Shown here: positions 23,343 through 31,030 of the stretch, piece after piece | Layout of the letters: the number at the start of each line of letters is the position of its first letter | How positions within the stretch are numbered: position 1 is the stretch's first letter | Notes under the pieces: model-generated | What the model was told of the DNA's origin: nothing | Seen by the model: the letters and a program-made list of their open reading frames with translations, nothing else | The model's database searches: none | Virus record (IMG/VR): IMGVR_UViG_3300043173_000136 | Span: 1 to 36,647 of that record | DNA length: 36,647 nucleotides | From: a virus | Lineage: Duplodnaviria; Caudoviricetes | Reading direction: 5' to 3' (one strand) | Program-made: the position numbers and the translations under genes

Positions 23343-23779
23343 TATCCTAATTCCTTATGGTAGATAACGTGTCCATTGTCGTACTTGGGAAACTTGGCGC
23401 ATATCTTTTCCCACCCTTTGCGCGTGCTTTGAAACTCTACCGCCGTGCAATTATTATGCGCGGCGTATTCATGTTCTACGGCGAGCCAATCCTCGGCGCA
23501 ATTAAACATACCCGCGCCGGCGGTATACAAAATTTGCAGCACGCGACCTAGCGGGCGGCCGATCACGGTAGTTATTACAACCCCGTCGAAATCACCAAGT
23601 ACCCAAAGTTGCCAGCGGCGCAATTGTAGTTCGGTTAATACGTGATCCAAACTATAGCCGAGTTCGGGCCGCACGACGCAATCTAAAATCGGCGCTACCT
23701 TTTCCCATATCGCTACGACGGCCTCGGCCGGTATGGCGGTAACCGCCATATGCTCTAATTTTTCTGCCGGCGCACTCAT
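23342..23779 (-). CDS. GNAT-like virion morphogenesis protein
   Basis: QLW…T…L-x-I-x-x-x-AG…A-x-x-x-x-C-x-x-x-E-x-x-x-x-R-x-GW pattern in the usual podovirus position. Confidence 0.65.
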   Translation of the reverse strand: MSAPAEKLEHMAVTAIPAEAVVAIWEKVAPILDCVVRPELGYSLDHVLTELQLRRWQLWVLGDFDGVVITTVIGRPLGRVLQILYTAGAGMFNCAEDWLAVEHEYAAHNNCTAVEFQSTRKGWEKICAKFPKYDNGHVIYHKELG

Positions 23780-24738
23780 AAACCTCGAAACCCGCCTAAA
23801 TTACCATCCCAATACCCGGCGTCATTTACGCCAGGTTGCGGTATTGGCTGCCCCGTTGCCGGGTCTATCTGCCCATTCATCCAACTACGCGCCGGGTCTT
23901 GGTTGTTAACCCAATTAGTCATATCTTGGGCGCGCGGTCCTGATAATCCGGCCGGCGCGCCTTGGTTCGGTATTTGGTCCCGGTAATCAATTCCAAAATA
24001 ATCGAGAGCGCCCCATTTCGGATCGTCGGGGTAATACAAATTAGTATTATTTAGCTCGCGGCCGGGCGCGGTCGGTATTTGCCACTCGGGCGGTATAATC
24101 GTGCCGTCGGGTAAAGTATTAGGGGTGTTGGTGTTACCGGTAGGTAAGCCAGCGTAGCCGGCGGGCGTCGGTGCCGGCGGGGTCGGCGGCGCGATATTCG
24201 GATTAAAGGCGCCTTGGTAGCTAAACGGATTGCCGCCGCCAAACTGATAATTACCCATACTACCCATAGCCATATCGCGCGCCATTGTGTTGTATTGGCC
24301 TTGCTGTCCGTAATTATTCATAAAGCCCGGCGCGTTTTGCTGCCATTGTTGCATTTGTTGGTTGCCGTAATTGCCGGTTGGCGGCCCGCCAGCCGCCCCA
24401 CTCATTAAACCGGAACCAGGCCAACGCGGGCTAAAACTTGGTTGCTGGCTCGGGCCCTGATTCCACATAGATTGTGGTTGGCCGGAATACGCGGGCCCGT
24501 AAGTTGGATTTGGATTCGCCATACCAAACGTACCGCCGCCTTGTTGTTGCGGTCGCGCTTGCGGTTGCTGATACCCGCTAAGGTACGTCGGCGGGGTCGG
24601 CGCTCCACTAAACCAACCGCCGGCGCCAGGGTATTGCAAACCGCCTTGCGTGCTCTGCCCGCTAGGCATGGCGCCTTGCAAATTCGACGGCATTTGGCCG
24701 ATTACGCCCTCGCCCGCTCGCATTGTGCCGCCGGCCAT
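23776..24738 (-). CDS. Q/G/P/N-rich low-complexity protein
   Basis: 320-aa ORF coupled on both sides (TAATG, ATGA). Confidence 0.7.
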   Translation of the reverse strand: MAGGTMRAGEGVIGQMPSNLQGAMPSGQSTQGGLQYPGAGGWFSGAPTPPTYLSGYQQPQARPQQQGGGTFGMANPNPTYGPAYSGQPQSMWNQGPSQQPSFSPRWPGSGLMSGAAGGPPTGNYGNQQMQQWQQNAPGFMNNYGQQGQYNTMARDMAMGSMGNYQFGGGNPFSYQGAFNPNIAPPTPPAPTPAGYAGLPTGNTNTPNTLPDGTIIPPEWQIPTAPGRELNNTNLYYPDDPKWGALDYFGIDYRDQIPNQGAPAGLSGPRAQDMTNWVNNQDPARSWMNGQIDPATGQPIPQPGVNDAGYWDGNLGGFRGL

Positions 24739-26213
24739 TATCTGCGCCCCCCTTGTCGCGCCATAATTTTAACGCCGGTGCCGTGTTTGAAACCGTCGGC
24801 GATATTTACTCTAAATCGTTGGTAACGAGAATTTACCCGTATGTTAGCCTCGCCATTTTTACCGTTAAGCGCTCGCGCCGCCGTAAAATTAACGTTGTCT
24901 TGTAGCGCGTCGCGCGTGCCAACTTGCACGGTAATAATAGACGAACCGCTCGCCTCGATTAGTGGGCGAACTGCATTGACAAACATTAGGTTATTATCCG
25001 GCGAACTAACCTCTTTAGTATCTAGGATCGCCGCTAACGGCAAACCGTCGAACGTAGCCGCCTCGTGCGACGAATTAAACGCGGCAATGTTGATACCGCC
25101 GCCTTTAAATTGGTCGCTATCAACCGGTATCGAATCTACGTCTATGCCCAACGGTAGCGGCCCGTCTAACTCGTCGAGCGAAAAACCAGGCGATACAAAC
25201 TCGTCTATAGTTTCCGTATCTATATGCGCCTCGGCCCATTTATCGGCGCCCCAATTGTAAATAATTAACCGGTCGTTTATCGGCGCCGACGGGCTCGTAC
25301 GGTACGCCCAAATTACGAGACGGTTACGCCTATCGACCGCCGCGCGCATGGAATCGAGCGCGTCGGTGTCGGCGCTTTCCGACATAAATTTACTTACTTT
25401 ATTGTGGCTTATCGGTTCGGATGAAACGCCGTTAAACCTGTAAAAACCATCCCAACCGTAATAGTAAATAATGGCGCCGGTCCACGCGACCGAGCCCGGC
25501 GACGGCGTACCGCGCCCGCGCTCTACCTCGTCGAGTTGAAACACAACCGGCGGGCCTTTGTAGTCCATTCGCCAGATAGAATTTTCTTGAAAAATTACGC
25601 CGTACTCGCCGGGCACAATCCTTTGTACGTTGCCGCCGCGCCCGAATAACTCTTGCGAATCGGTTTGCGTTGCGAGGTCGCCGGTAATATCCCAAATCTC
25701 GGAGTTATTGAAACCCGACCACGCTATAAAATTAGGCCCGAGCACAGAGATATCGCCGACTACTATAAAGTCGCGTACCGTGGCAATGCGCGCGGCTTGC
25801 GGCGGGCTGCCCGGCAAATCGAAAAAAGTTGCGTCGGTGCCCATATCAAATTTTTGTTGCGGATTGGCGATATTAACCGCGATAACCCGCTCGCCGAATT
25901 TCGTAAAATCCCAATTGGTCGCCGCGTACGGCGCCGACGCCCCGCTAACGTCGGCCCAAACCGTTGAGCCGGATAACTCGTAAAGCGCCTCAATATCGCC
26001 GGCGAAATTGAATACCGACCCGTCGGCCCCCTGCGCCCAAAAAGTACCTAAACACACGTTAGCTAACGCGTCGGTAAAACTCGATAAAGAGTTAAGCGCG
26101 CGATAACTTTTTATTTGCGGTATTACGTTGCGCGCTATCAACGCGCCGGGGTTTTCGTGTTCCGGTAAATCCGGCAACCACTCGCCGAAAGGTATTTGCT
26201 GCGCTTGCATCAT
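24738..26213 (-). CDS. Tail hub / DNA stabilization protein (P22 gp10-like, tubular B equivalent)
   Basis: PFGEWLPD N-terminus, beta-propeller-like repeats, RYQRFRV C-terminus; synteny. Confidence 0.75.
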   Translation of the reverse strand: MMQAQQIPFGEWLPDLPEHENPGALIARNVIPQIKSYRALNSLSSFTDALANVCLGTFWAQGADGSVFNFAGDIEALYELSGSTVWADVSGASAPYAATNWDFTKFGERVIAVNIANPQQKFDMGTDATFFDLPGSPPQAARIATVRDFIVVGDISVLGPNFIAWSGFNNSEIWDITGDLATQTDSQELFGRGGNVQRIVPGEYGVIFQENSIWRMDYKGPPVVFQLDEVERGRGTPSPGSVAWTGAIIYYYGWDGFYRFNGVSSEPISHNKVSKFMSESADTDALDSMRAAVDRRNRLVIWAYRTSPSAPINDRLIIYNWGADKWAEAHIDTETIDEFVSPGFSLDELDGPLPLGIDVDSIPVDSDQFKGGGINIAAFNSSHEAATFDGLPLAAILDTKEVSSPDNNLMFVNAVRPLIEASGSSIITVQVGTRDALQDNVNFTAARALNGKNGEANIRVNSRYQRFRVNIADGFKHGTGVKIMARQGGRR

Positions 26214-26902
26214 ATGATCGGCCTCGGGCTATTGTTCGCCACCTTGGCCGTACCGCGAAACCGTTTACGATTCTCGGCTATCCCGGTAAAATGTTTCGCC
26301 TCGGAATACTTACCGCCGTAGAATTCGGCTAATTCCAAATCTTGCGAAAAAATGGTCGCTTGCTTTAACGTTTGCCACAAATACGTATCGTAATAATTTT
26401 GCATTAACCAATTCGTATCGGGGTCGGCGGTTAGCGCCGGCCAACGTGTTACATACAAAAGGTTAAGGGTTTCAGGGTTAGACGCGTCGGGCTCGGGCGC
26501 GAGCACAAGCCGCGCAACCGACGCCGGCGCGTTAGCCGCGTCGTCGCCCTCTATTGTGTACGCGGCAACGGTACCGGCGCTAACGCTACCCCCGCTACCG
26601 CCGGCCCAATAAACCGAGTCGCGCAGCGTTTCGGGCGTAAAGTAAACCAAATTACGCCGCGTGCCGTTAACGTTGTCGATAAAGATTTGCCGCAATTCTA
26701 AAAAGTTAGCCGGCAAGTCTATGAATCTATCGGCGCCCGTGGTTAACGTCGTGCGTTGCTCTTGTATCAGCGTACGGAAATCGCGCGCTAGTTCAGACTC
26801 GGCCATTAACATTATCGAGGATATGCTAGCGCCAGTTACCGCGATATCGTCACGCGCGAGCCAGTTATCGACGTCGGTTTTTAACTGCCCAAACGTAGTC
26901 AT
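26210..26902 (-). CDS. Head-tail adaptor (tubular A-like)
   Basis: L-x-x-x-V-x-x-WL-x-R-x-D…AE…LP-x-x-FLE…P-x-PD…TNWL…D-x-YL pattern. Confidence 0.75.
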   Translation of the reverse strand: MTTFGQLKTDVDNWLARDDIAVTGASISSIMLMAESELARDFRTLIQEQRTTLTTGADRFIDLPANFLELRQIFIDNVNGTRRNLVYFTPETLRDSVYWAGGSGGSVSAGTVAAYTIEGDDAANAPASVARLVLAPEPDASNPETLNLLYVTRWPALTADPDTNWLMQNYYDTYLWQTLKQATIFSQDLELAEFYGGKYSEAKHFTGIAENRKRFRGTAKVANNSPRPII

Positions 26903-27246
26903 AATTTCTTGCTACCGCTACGCTTAAAACCAACGCGCAAATTAGCGTTATCCGAGCTATTGAGCATCATTACTTCAAACTCGCTCCAAGTCATAGTTTT
27001 TATATACCCCTCGGTACGCCACTTTTTTTGCCAAATGTAATACGTGTTTATGGGTATGCGGGCGGCGAATTGAAAATGCCGCCCCTTAACTTGGTGCAAA
27101 CTACGCAAGCGCGCGCAATCGTCGAGTATTTCGCGCTCGACGCTATCAGGTGTAAATTCCTCGACAATTAGAGTATTGCCGTCGTCCTCTACGCTTGCGT
27201 AGTGCTCTACGCCGGTCGGACTTTTTTCAAGTAGATATTTGCTCAC
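26899..27246 (-). CDS. Hypothetical protein
   Basis: In-operon; A-x-IP…W…LN-x-x-DN-x-x-LR motif is common after podoviral capsid genes. Confidence 0.65.
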   Translation of the reverse strand: MSKYLLEKSPTGVEHYASVEDDGNTLIVEEFTPDSVEREILDDCARLRSLHQVKGRHFQFAARIPINTYYIWQKKWRTEGYIKTMTWSEFEVMMLNSSDNANLRVGFKRSGSKKL

Positions 27247-27679
27247 GATTCGCCGCTCGTCGCGCCGCGCGCCTATTACCTGGCGCCGGCGTACCCGGTG
27301 CTGGAATAGGTTGCAACGTTTCGGTAACGGGCGATTCGTCGGCCGTATCGGCGTCGGGCGCTACCTCAAGTTGTGCCAATTGCGCCGACACCTTATCGAG
27401 TGCGGCGTCGCGTTCGATTTCCTCGTCGGGGCCCCGAGGGGTAAAACTTGGCGAGCACAACCGCGCCTCGCGTCCGTTTGCGTATTCGAGAGGGCGAGTA
27501 ATCGGATCGCGCGTCAGTTCCACGCATCCGGTTTTCCATATCACTTCAAAAAGTTCGCCCTCGGGCAAGTCTAAAACCTCGCCCGGTTCAAGTTTGCGCC
27601 GTGCCGGCGCCCCATGCCCAAAATGCACGCCGGCGGTAGCGGTAGTGTCGTGTAATTGACGTACTTTTATTCGTGGCAT
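27227..27679 (-). CDS. Hypothetical protein
   Basis: GGAG RBS; first gene after the capsid terminator. Confidence 0.7.
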   Translation of the reverse strand: MPRIKVRQLHDTTATAGVHFGHGAPARRKLEPGEVLDLPEGELFEVIWKTGCVELTRDPITRPLEYANGREARLCSPSFTPRGPDEEIERDAALDKVSAQLAQLEVAPDADTADESPVTETLQPIPAPGTPAPGNRRAARRAANREQIST

Positions 27680-27695
27680 GGCGATTTGCTCCGTT

Positions 27696-27727
27696 AAAAA
27701 ATCAGGGCGCCCGACAACCGGGCGCCC
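27696..27727 (-). terminator. Rho-independent terminator after the major capsid gene
   Basis: GGGCGCCCG-GTTGT-CGGGCGCCC followed by TGATTTTTT on the - strand. Confidence 0.7.
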
Positions 27728-27742
27728 CTATTCGGTTGGTGA

Positions 27743-28765
27743 TTAGGCAACCATAGCGGTAGTTTCGTCGATATCCGCAACGACGCCGCTAGCGGCCTCG
27801 TTGTGCGACGTAACGCCCCAATCAACCAAAATGTGACGCCTTTCAGCATCGCCAATCTTGGCTATCGTTTCGGTCTTGTACCCGTCGAGGTACGAAATTT
27901 CCCAATATTCGCTATCGAGAATCCAGACGTCGCGCTCGCGTTGGAACCGGTTAGGCACGATATCCATAACCGTGTAATCCGACACGTAAACATCGACCGC
28001 GCCGATAACCGAAACCCCGCCCCGATTAACCGGGCCTTGGTCCTGGCGTTGCGTCGCGATACGTTGCGTTGGTGACGACGGGTTAAACATATAGTTGGAA
28101 ACCCGTTGTTTGACCGTCGGGCCTACCATCCACATATTCGGGTTGCCGCCCTCGATATAGCACTCTTTTAACACCGTAAGTATGTCGGCCTCACTCAAGG
28201 CCGCCGGCGTACCGTCGGTTGCCGCCGTCGTAGGCTGCCCGAAAGTAGTACCCGAAAGCGCCGGCTCGGCGCCGCCGGCCCCGCGTACCGTGTTGGTTTT
28301 GATCCACGCGCCCAAACCGGCCGTTAGAGAGGCGGTAGTCGAGTTACCTTGCAACGTCGCTTGATTGAGCGTCGCGATTGCTTCGACGTCACGCCGCAAG
28401 GCTTTACCCTGTTTGGCGATTTGATACGCCAGCGAGGATTTTCGACCCGCCTTGTTTACGATGTTTGCGCGTCTCGACACGGCGATATACTTGATCGAGA
28501 TTTGCATAAAGACACCGATACGATTTGCCGGCGAACTTTGGTCGCTACCAAAATCCGCACCGTCGATTGCCGCGTTAGACGTATCTACCGCGTCGAGTTC
28601 GTCGATTTGCCACTCGTGTAGCGTTTGCTCGGCGTTTCCCCGCCCGGCGTTAGCCTGAAAAGGTACCTCAGTCGGTGAAATGTTGTAAATAACGGAAGTT
28701 AAATCTTCCCGTACGTTGTCACCGGTCGTGGCAAGATCGAACCGGTCAAAATTTGTTGAACTCAT
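27743..28765 (-). CDS. Major capsid protein (DUF5309/SU10-like, HK97 fold)
   Basis: REDL-x-x-x-IYNISP-x-x-x-PF, HEWQ-x-D-x-L, QI-x-x-K, AYQ-x-x-K-x-x-x-x-LRRDVE, VDVYVSD, VPNRF, AK-x-GD. Confidence 0.9.
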   Translation of the reverse strand: MSSTNFDRFDLATTGDNVREDLTSVIYNISPTEVPFQANAGRGNAEQTLHEWQIDELDAVDTSNAAIDGADFGSDQSSPANRIGVFMQISIKYIAVSRRANIVNKAGRKSSLAYQIAKQGKALRRDVEAIATLNQATLQGNSTTASLTAGLGAWIKTNTVRGAGGAEPALSGTTFGQPTTAATDGTPAALSEADILTVLKECYIEGGNPNMWMVGPTVKQRVSNYMFNPSSPTQRIATQRQDQGPVNRGGVSVIGAVDVYVSDYTVMDIVPNRFQRERDVWILDSEYWEISYLDGYKTETIAKIGDAERRHILVDWGVTSHNEAASGVVADIDETTAMVA

Positions 28766-28776
28766 TAGACTACCCT

Positions 28777-30030
28777 CTACATCATAGTTTCGATTACTGC
28801 CGCCGCGTCGTCTAGCTTGCCGGATTTCCTTAACCTCGTGCGTAGCTTTTGCACTTTATCGCGAGATAGGCTTTTGCTCCTACCGCCCGGCGAAAGTTGT
28901 TTGCCGGGTTTTTGTAACTTGGGTATCGTCTTTTTGATTCGTTGCACCGTCTCGGTTGCCTTTGTTTGTATGGCCTCTAATTCGGCGTTGCGCGTACGTA
29001 GCGCGCCGAGTTCGAGGGCCGCACAAATTTGCCGGCTATCGAGAATTTGCGCCGCCTCTTTAGGCGAATACCCAAGCGAGCTAATAACCTCTTTCGCGAG
29101 CGTAATATGCTGCGCCCCGAAATCCGGTATAGCCTCTTTAAGCGTTTTCATTTCCCGCGCGCGCAATTGGTTTAAATTGCCTACTCGGAATTGCTCAAAT
29201 GCGGCTGCCGCTTGTTGGCGCGTGTTTTGGAGTCCCGCGAGTTTTTCGCCGATTTCAGTACGCCGCGCTACCCATTCGTCGGGCGCGCTGTCACGCAAGG
29301 CTGCCAGTTGGGGCGAATTAAGGTCGGCCATTACTATTTGCTCGGCATACGATAATTGTTGTGCAACTACGTGTTGTTGCCCCTCGTAGGCTTGGTGCCT
29401 AGTCTGCATATCGGTTTCGATTTCTCGGCGGTAGTCCGAAAGTTGCGCCGTTGAGCGTCGGTAATCTGCATCTTTTTGGTAGCCTTTTTCCAATTCCGCA
29501 AGGGTTACGGTTACGTCCTCGTCGGCCGCTCTAAACGTGTGCGAAATCGACGATTTAATATCGTCTATCGAGACGTCAAGCGCCTCGGCTAATTCCGCAA
29601 GGTTAGATATTGCGCCTTGGTCGTCCGTAGCTTGGTCGTCGGTTGTGGCGTCGTCGGATGCGCCCGACTTATCGGCGGCGGCGTCGTCGGTATCGGTAGT
29701 GTCGGCGGCCTCTAATTGCTCGTCGTCTACCTCGCCGGCGTCGGCGTCGTCGGTAATTTCTGTATCGGCGGCGGCTTGCGCGCCGTCGTCGGCGGCGTCG
29801 TCGCCGCCTTTTCTAGCGAACCGGCCCGATTTTTCGTCGCGCGGTTGCGCGCGGTCGTCGGTCGATTCGTCGTAATCAGGGTGCGCCCGTGATACTTGGT
29901 CGGGCTCGGGATTGTAATGCCCGTCGTCGTCGAGCAATCCCTCTACCTGTTTTGCAACGGATCGTAAATCCGTCTCGGGCGGGTTGCCGCCGCTTGGTGT
30001 ACTTGGAATGTCGCTAGCGCGAGTAGACAT
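28777..30030 (-). CDS. Capsid scaffolding protein
   Basis: Acidic disordered N-terminus with PRDEKSGRF; VTL-x-EL-x-x-GY-x-x-x-ADY-x-R-x-T; C-terminal L-x-KSG-x-x-x-DAA; directly upstream of the MCP. Confidence 0.85.
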   Translation of the reverse strand: MSTRASDIPSTPSGGNPPETDLRSVAKQVEGLLDDDGHYNPEPDQVSRAHPDYDESTDDRAQPRDEKSGRFARKGGDDAADDGAQAAADTEITDDADAGEVDDEQLEAADTTDTDDAAADKSGASDDATTDDQATDDQGAISNLAELAEALDVSIDDIKSSISHTFRAADEDVTVTLAELEKGYQKDADYRRSTAQLSDYRREIETDMQTRHQAYEGQQHVVAQQLSYAEQIVMADLNSPQLAALRDSAPDEWVARRTEIGEKLAGLQNTRQQAAAAFEQFRVGNLNQLRAREMKTLKEAIPDFGAQHITLAKEVISSLGYSPKEAAQILDSRQICAALELGALRTRNAELEAIQTKATETVQRIKKTIPKLQKPGKQLSPGGRSKSLSRDKVQKLRTRLRKSGKLDDAAAVIETMM

Positions 30031-30369
30031 TTAACCAGTATCCTTTTCGTCGTCGTCTTGCGGTGGGAGCGGTTTAAAATTCGCTAACCGCAAGGCTTGG
30101 CCTTGCACGGTTGTACTTAGTGACCGCGTTACGCAATTAAGAGTACGCAACGCTCTACAATATTCACGTTCTACCGCGTCGGTTTCGGGCGTACCGTCGT
30201 GCTTAAAATTTTCGAGCGCGTCGATTAGCCCGTCACGTACTCGGGCAACGCCGGCTTTAAAAGCCGGGTCGTCAAGTAGCCGCCGGGCGTCGGACGCTTT
30301 AACGTCACTTTCTGCCCGGCGATTAACTTTTCGTACGTGGGCGTTGCCCGTGTCGGTATCGCCCGGCAA
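30031..30369 (-). CDS. Hypothetical head-associated protein
   Basis: A-x-x-LL-x-DP-x-F helical pattern typical of the gene before the scaffold; only a TTG start is available. Confidence 0.65.
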   Translation of the reverse strand: MPGDTDTGNAHVRKVNRRAESDVKASDARRLLDDPAFKAGVARVRDGLIDALENFKHDGTPETDAVEREYCRALRTLNCVTRSLSTTVQGQALRLANFKPLPPQDDDEKDTG

Positions 30370-30543
30370 CTACTTATACCGGTCGCTTACTTGCTTTGTA
30401 CGCGAGTTGCCTTTCTTGGATTTCGACCCGGTATCGCCTACCGGTACGCCGTAGTTTCCGCCGTCTTTATCCATCGGCGCATTTCGAGCACTAGATTTTT
30501 TAGTGCCGTACATTTTGCTGTCTCCACCATAATGACTTGGCAT
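30370..30543 (-). CDS. 57-aa basic hypothetical protein (MPSHYGGDSKMYGTKK…)
   Basis: GAGGT RBS before ATG 30543, with an alternative GGAG/ATG at 30513. Not in the ORF track. Confidence 0.6.
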   Translation of the reverse strand: MPSHYGGDSKMYGTKKSSARNAPMDKDGGNYGVPVGDTGSKSKKGNSRTKQVSDRYK

Positions 30544-30610
30544 AGCTATACCTCTGATATCATTTTACATAACGTGTACGCCCGAGTTTACCCCGGCCGT
30601 ACCCCTATCG

Positions 30611-31030
30611 CTAGCCCATTGGTACCGGGCGTAGTTTCATCCCCAAAATTTCGTTATCTACCTCGTCGCGCACGAGTACGATATCGTAACCGCCGGCGCT
30701 CCGTTTACCCGGCGCAGTAGGCGCCGCAAGGTTTACCACTGGCGCCGGAAGTGCCGGCATTTCCCGCCCGGCGAGCCTGGCGACTTCCCGCGTTAGCCCG
30801 GTGTTTTCTTGCTGGATTGTCGCCACGAGGTTAACCACGCGCGCCATTTCGTTAGCGAGCGCGCCTATCGCACTGGCAAAGGCCGCGCTATCGACCGTAA
30901 CCGTAATACCTTTGATAGACACGTTTAACCCGTCTACCGAAACGTCGGGCGCTTTTACCCGCACGCGCGGGCGCGGTACCGTTACCTTTAACTCGTGGCT
31001 TTCCGCTTTACGTTTCAGACGGTCTACCAT
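30611..31030 (-). CDS. Hypothetical protein
   Basis: GAGGA RBS in the 3' end of the portal gene; PAPVVN and VRDE motifs seen in head-region proteins. Confidence 0.6.
   Translation of the reverse strand: MVDRLKRKAESHELKVTVPRPRVRVKAPDVSVDGLNVSIKGITVTVDSAAFASAIGALANEMARVVNLVATIQQENTGLTREVARLAGREMPALPAPVVNLAAPTAPGKRSAGGYDIVLVRDEVDNEILGMKLRPVPMG

Noticed and set aside
30370-30372. Genome-wide TAG recoding
   Set aside because: Several clear genes (primase-helicase, polA, terS, scaffold, SNF2) end properly at TAG, and gene density is full under code 11.
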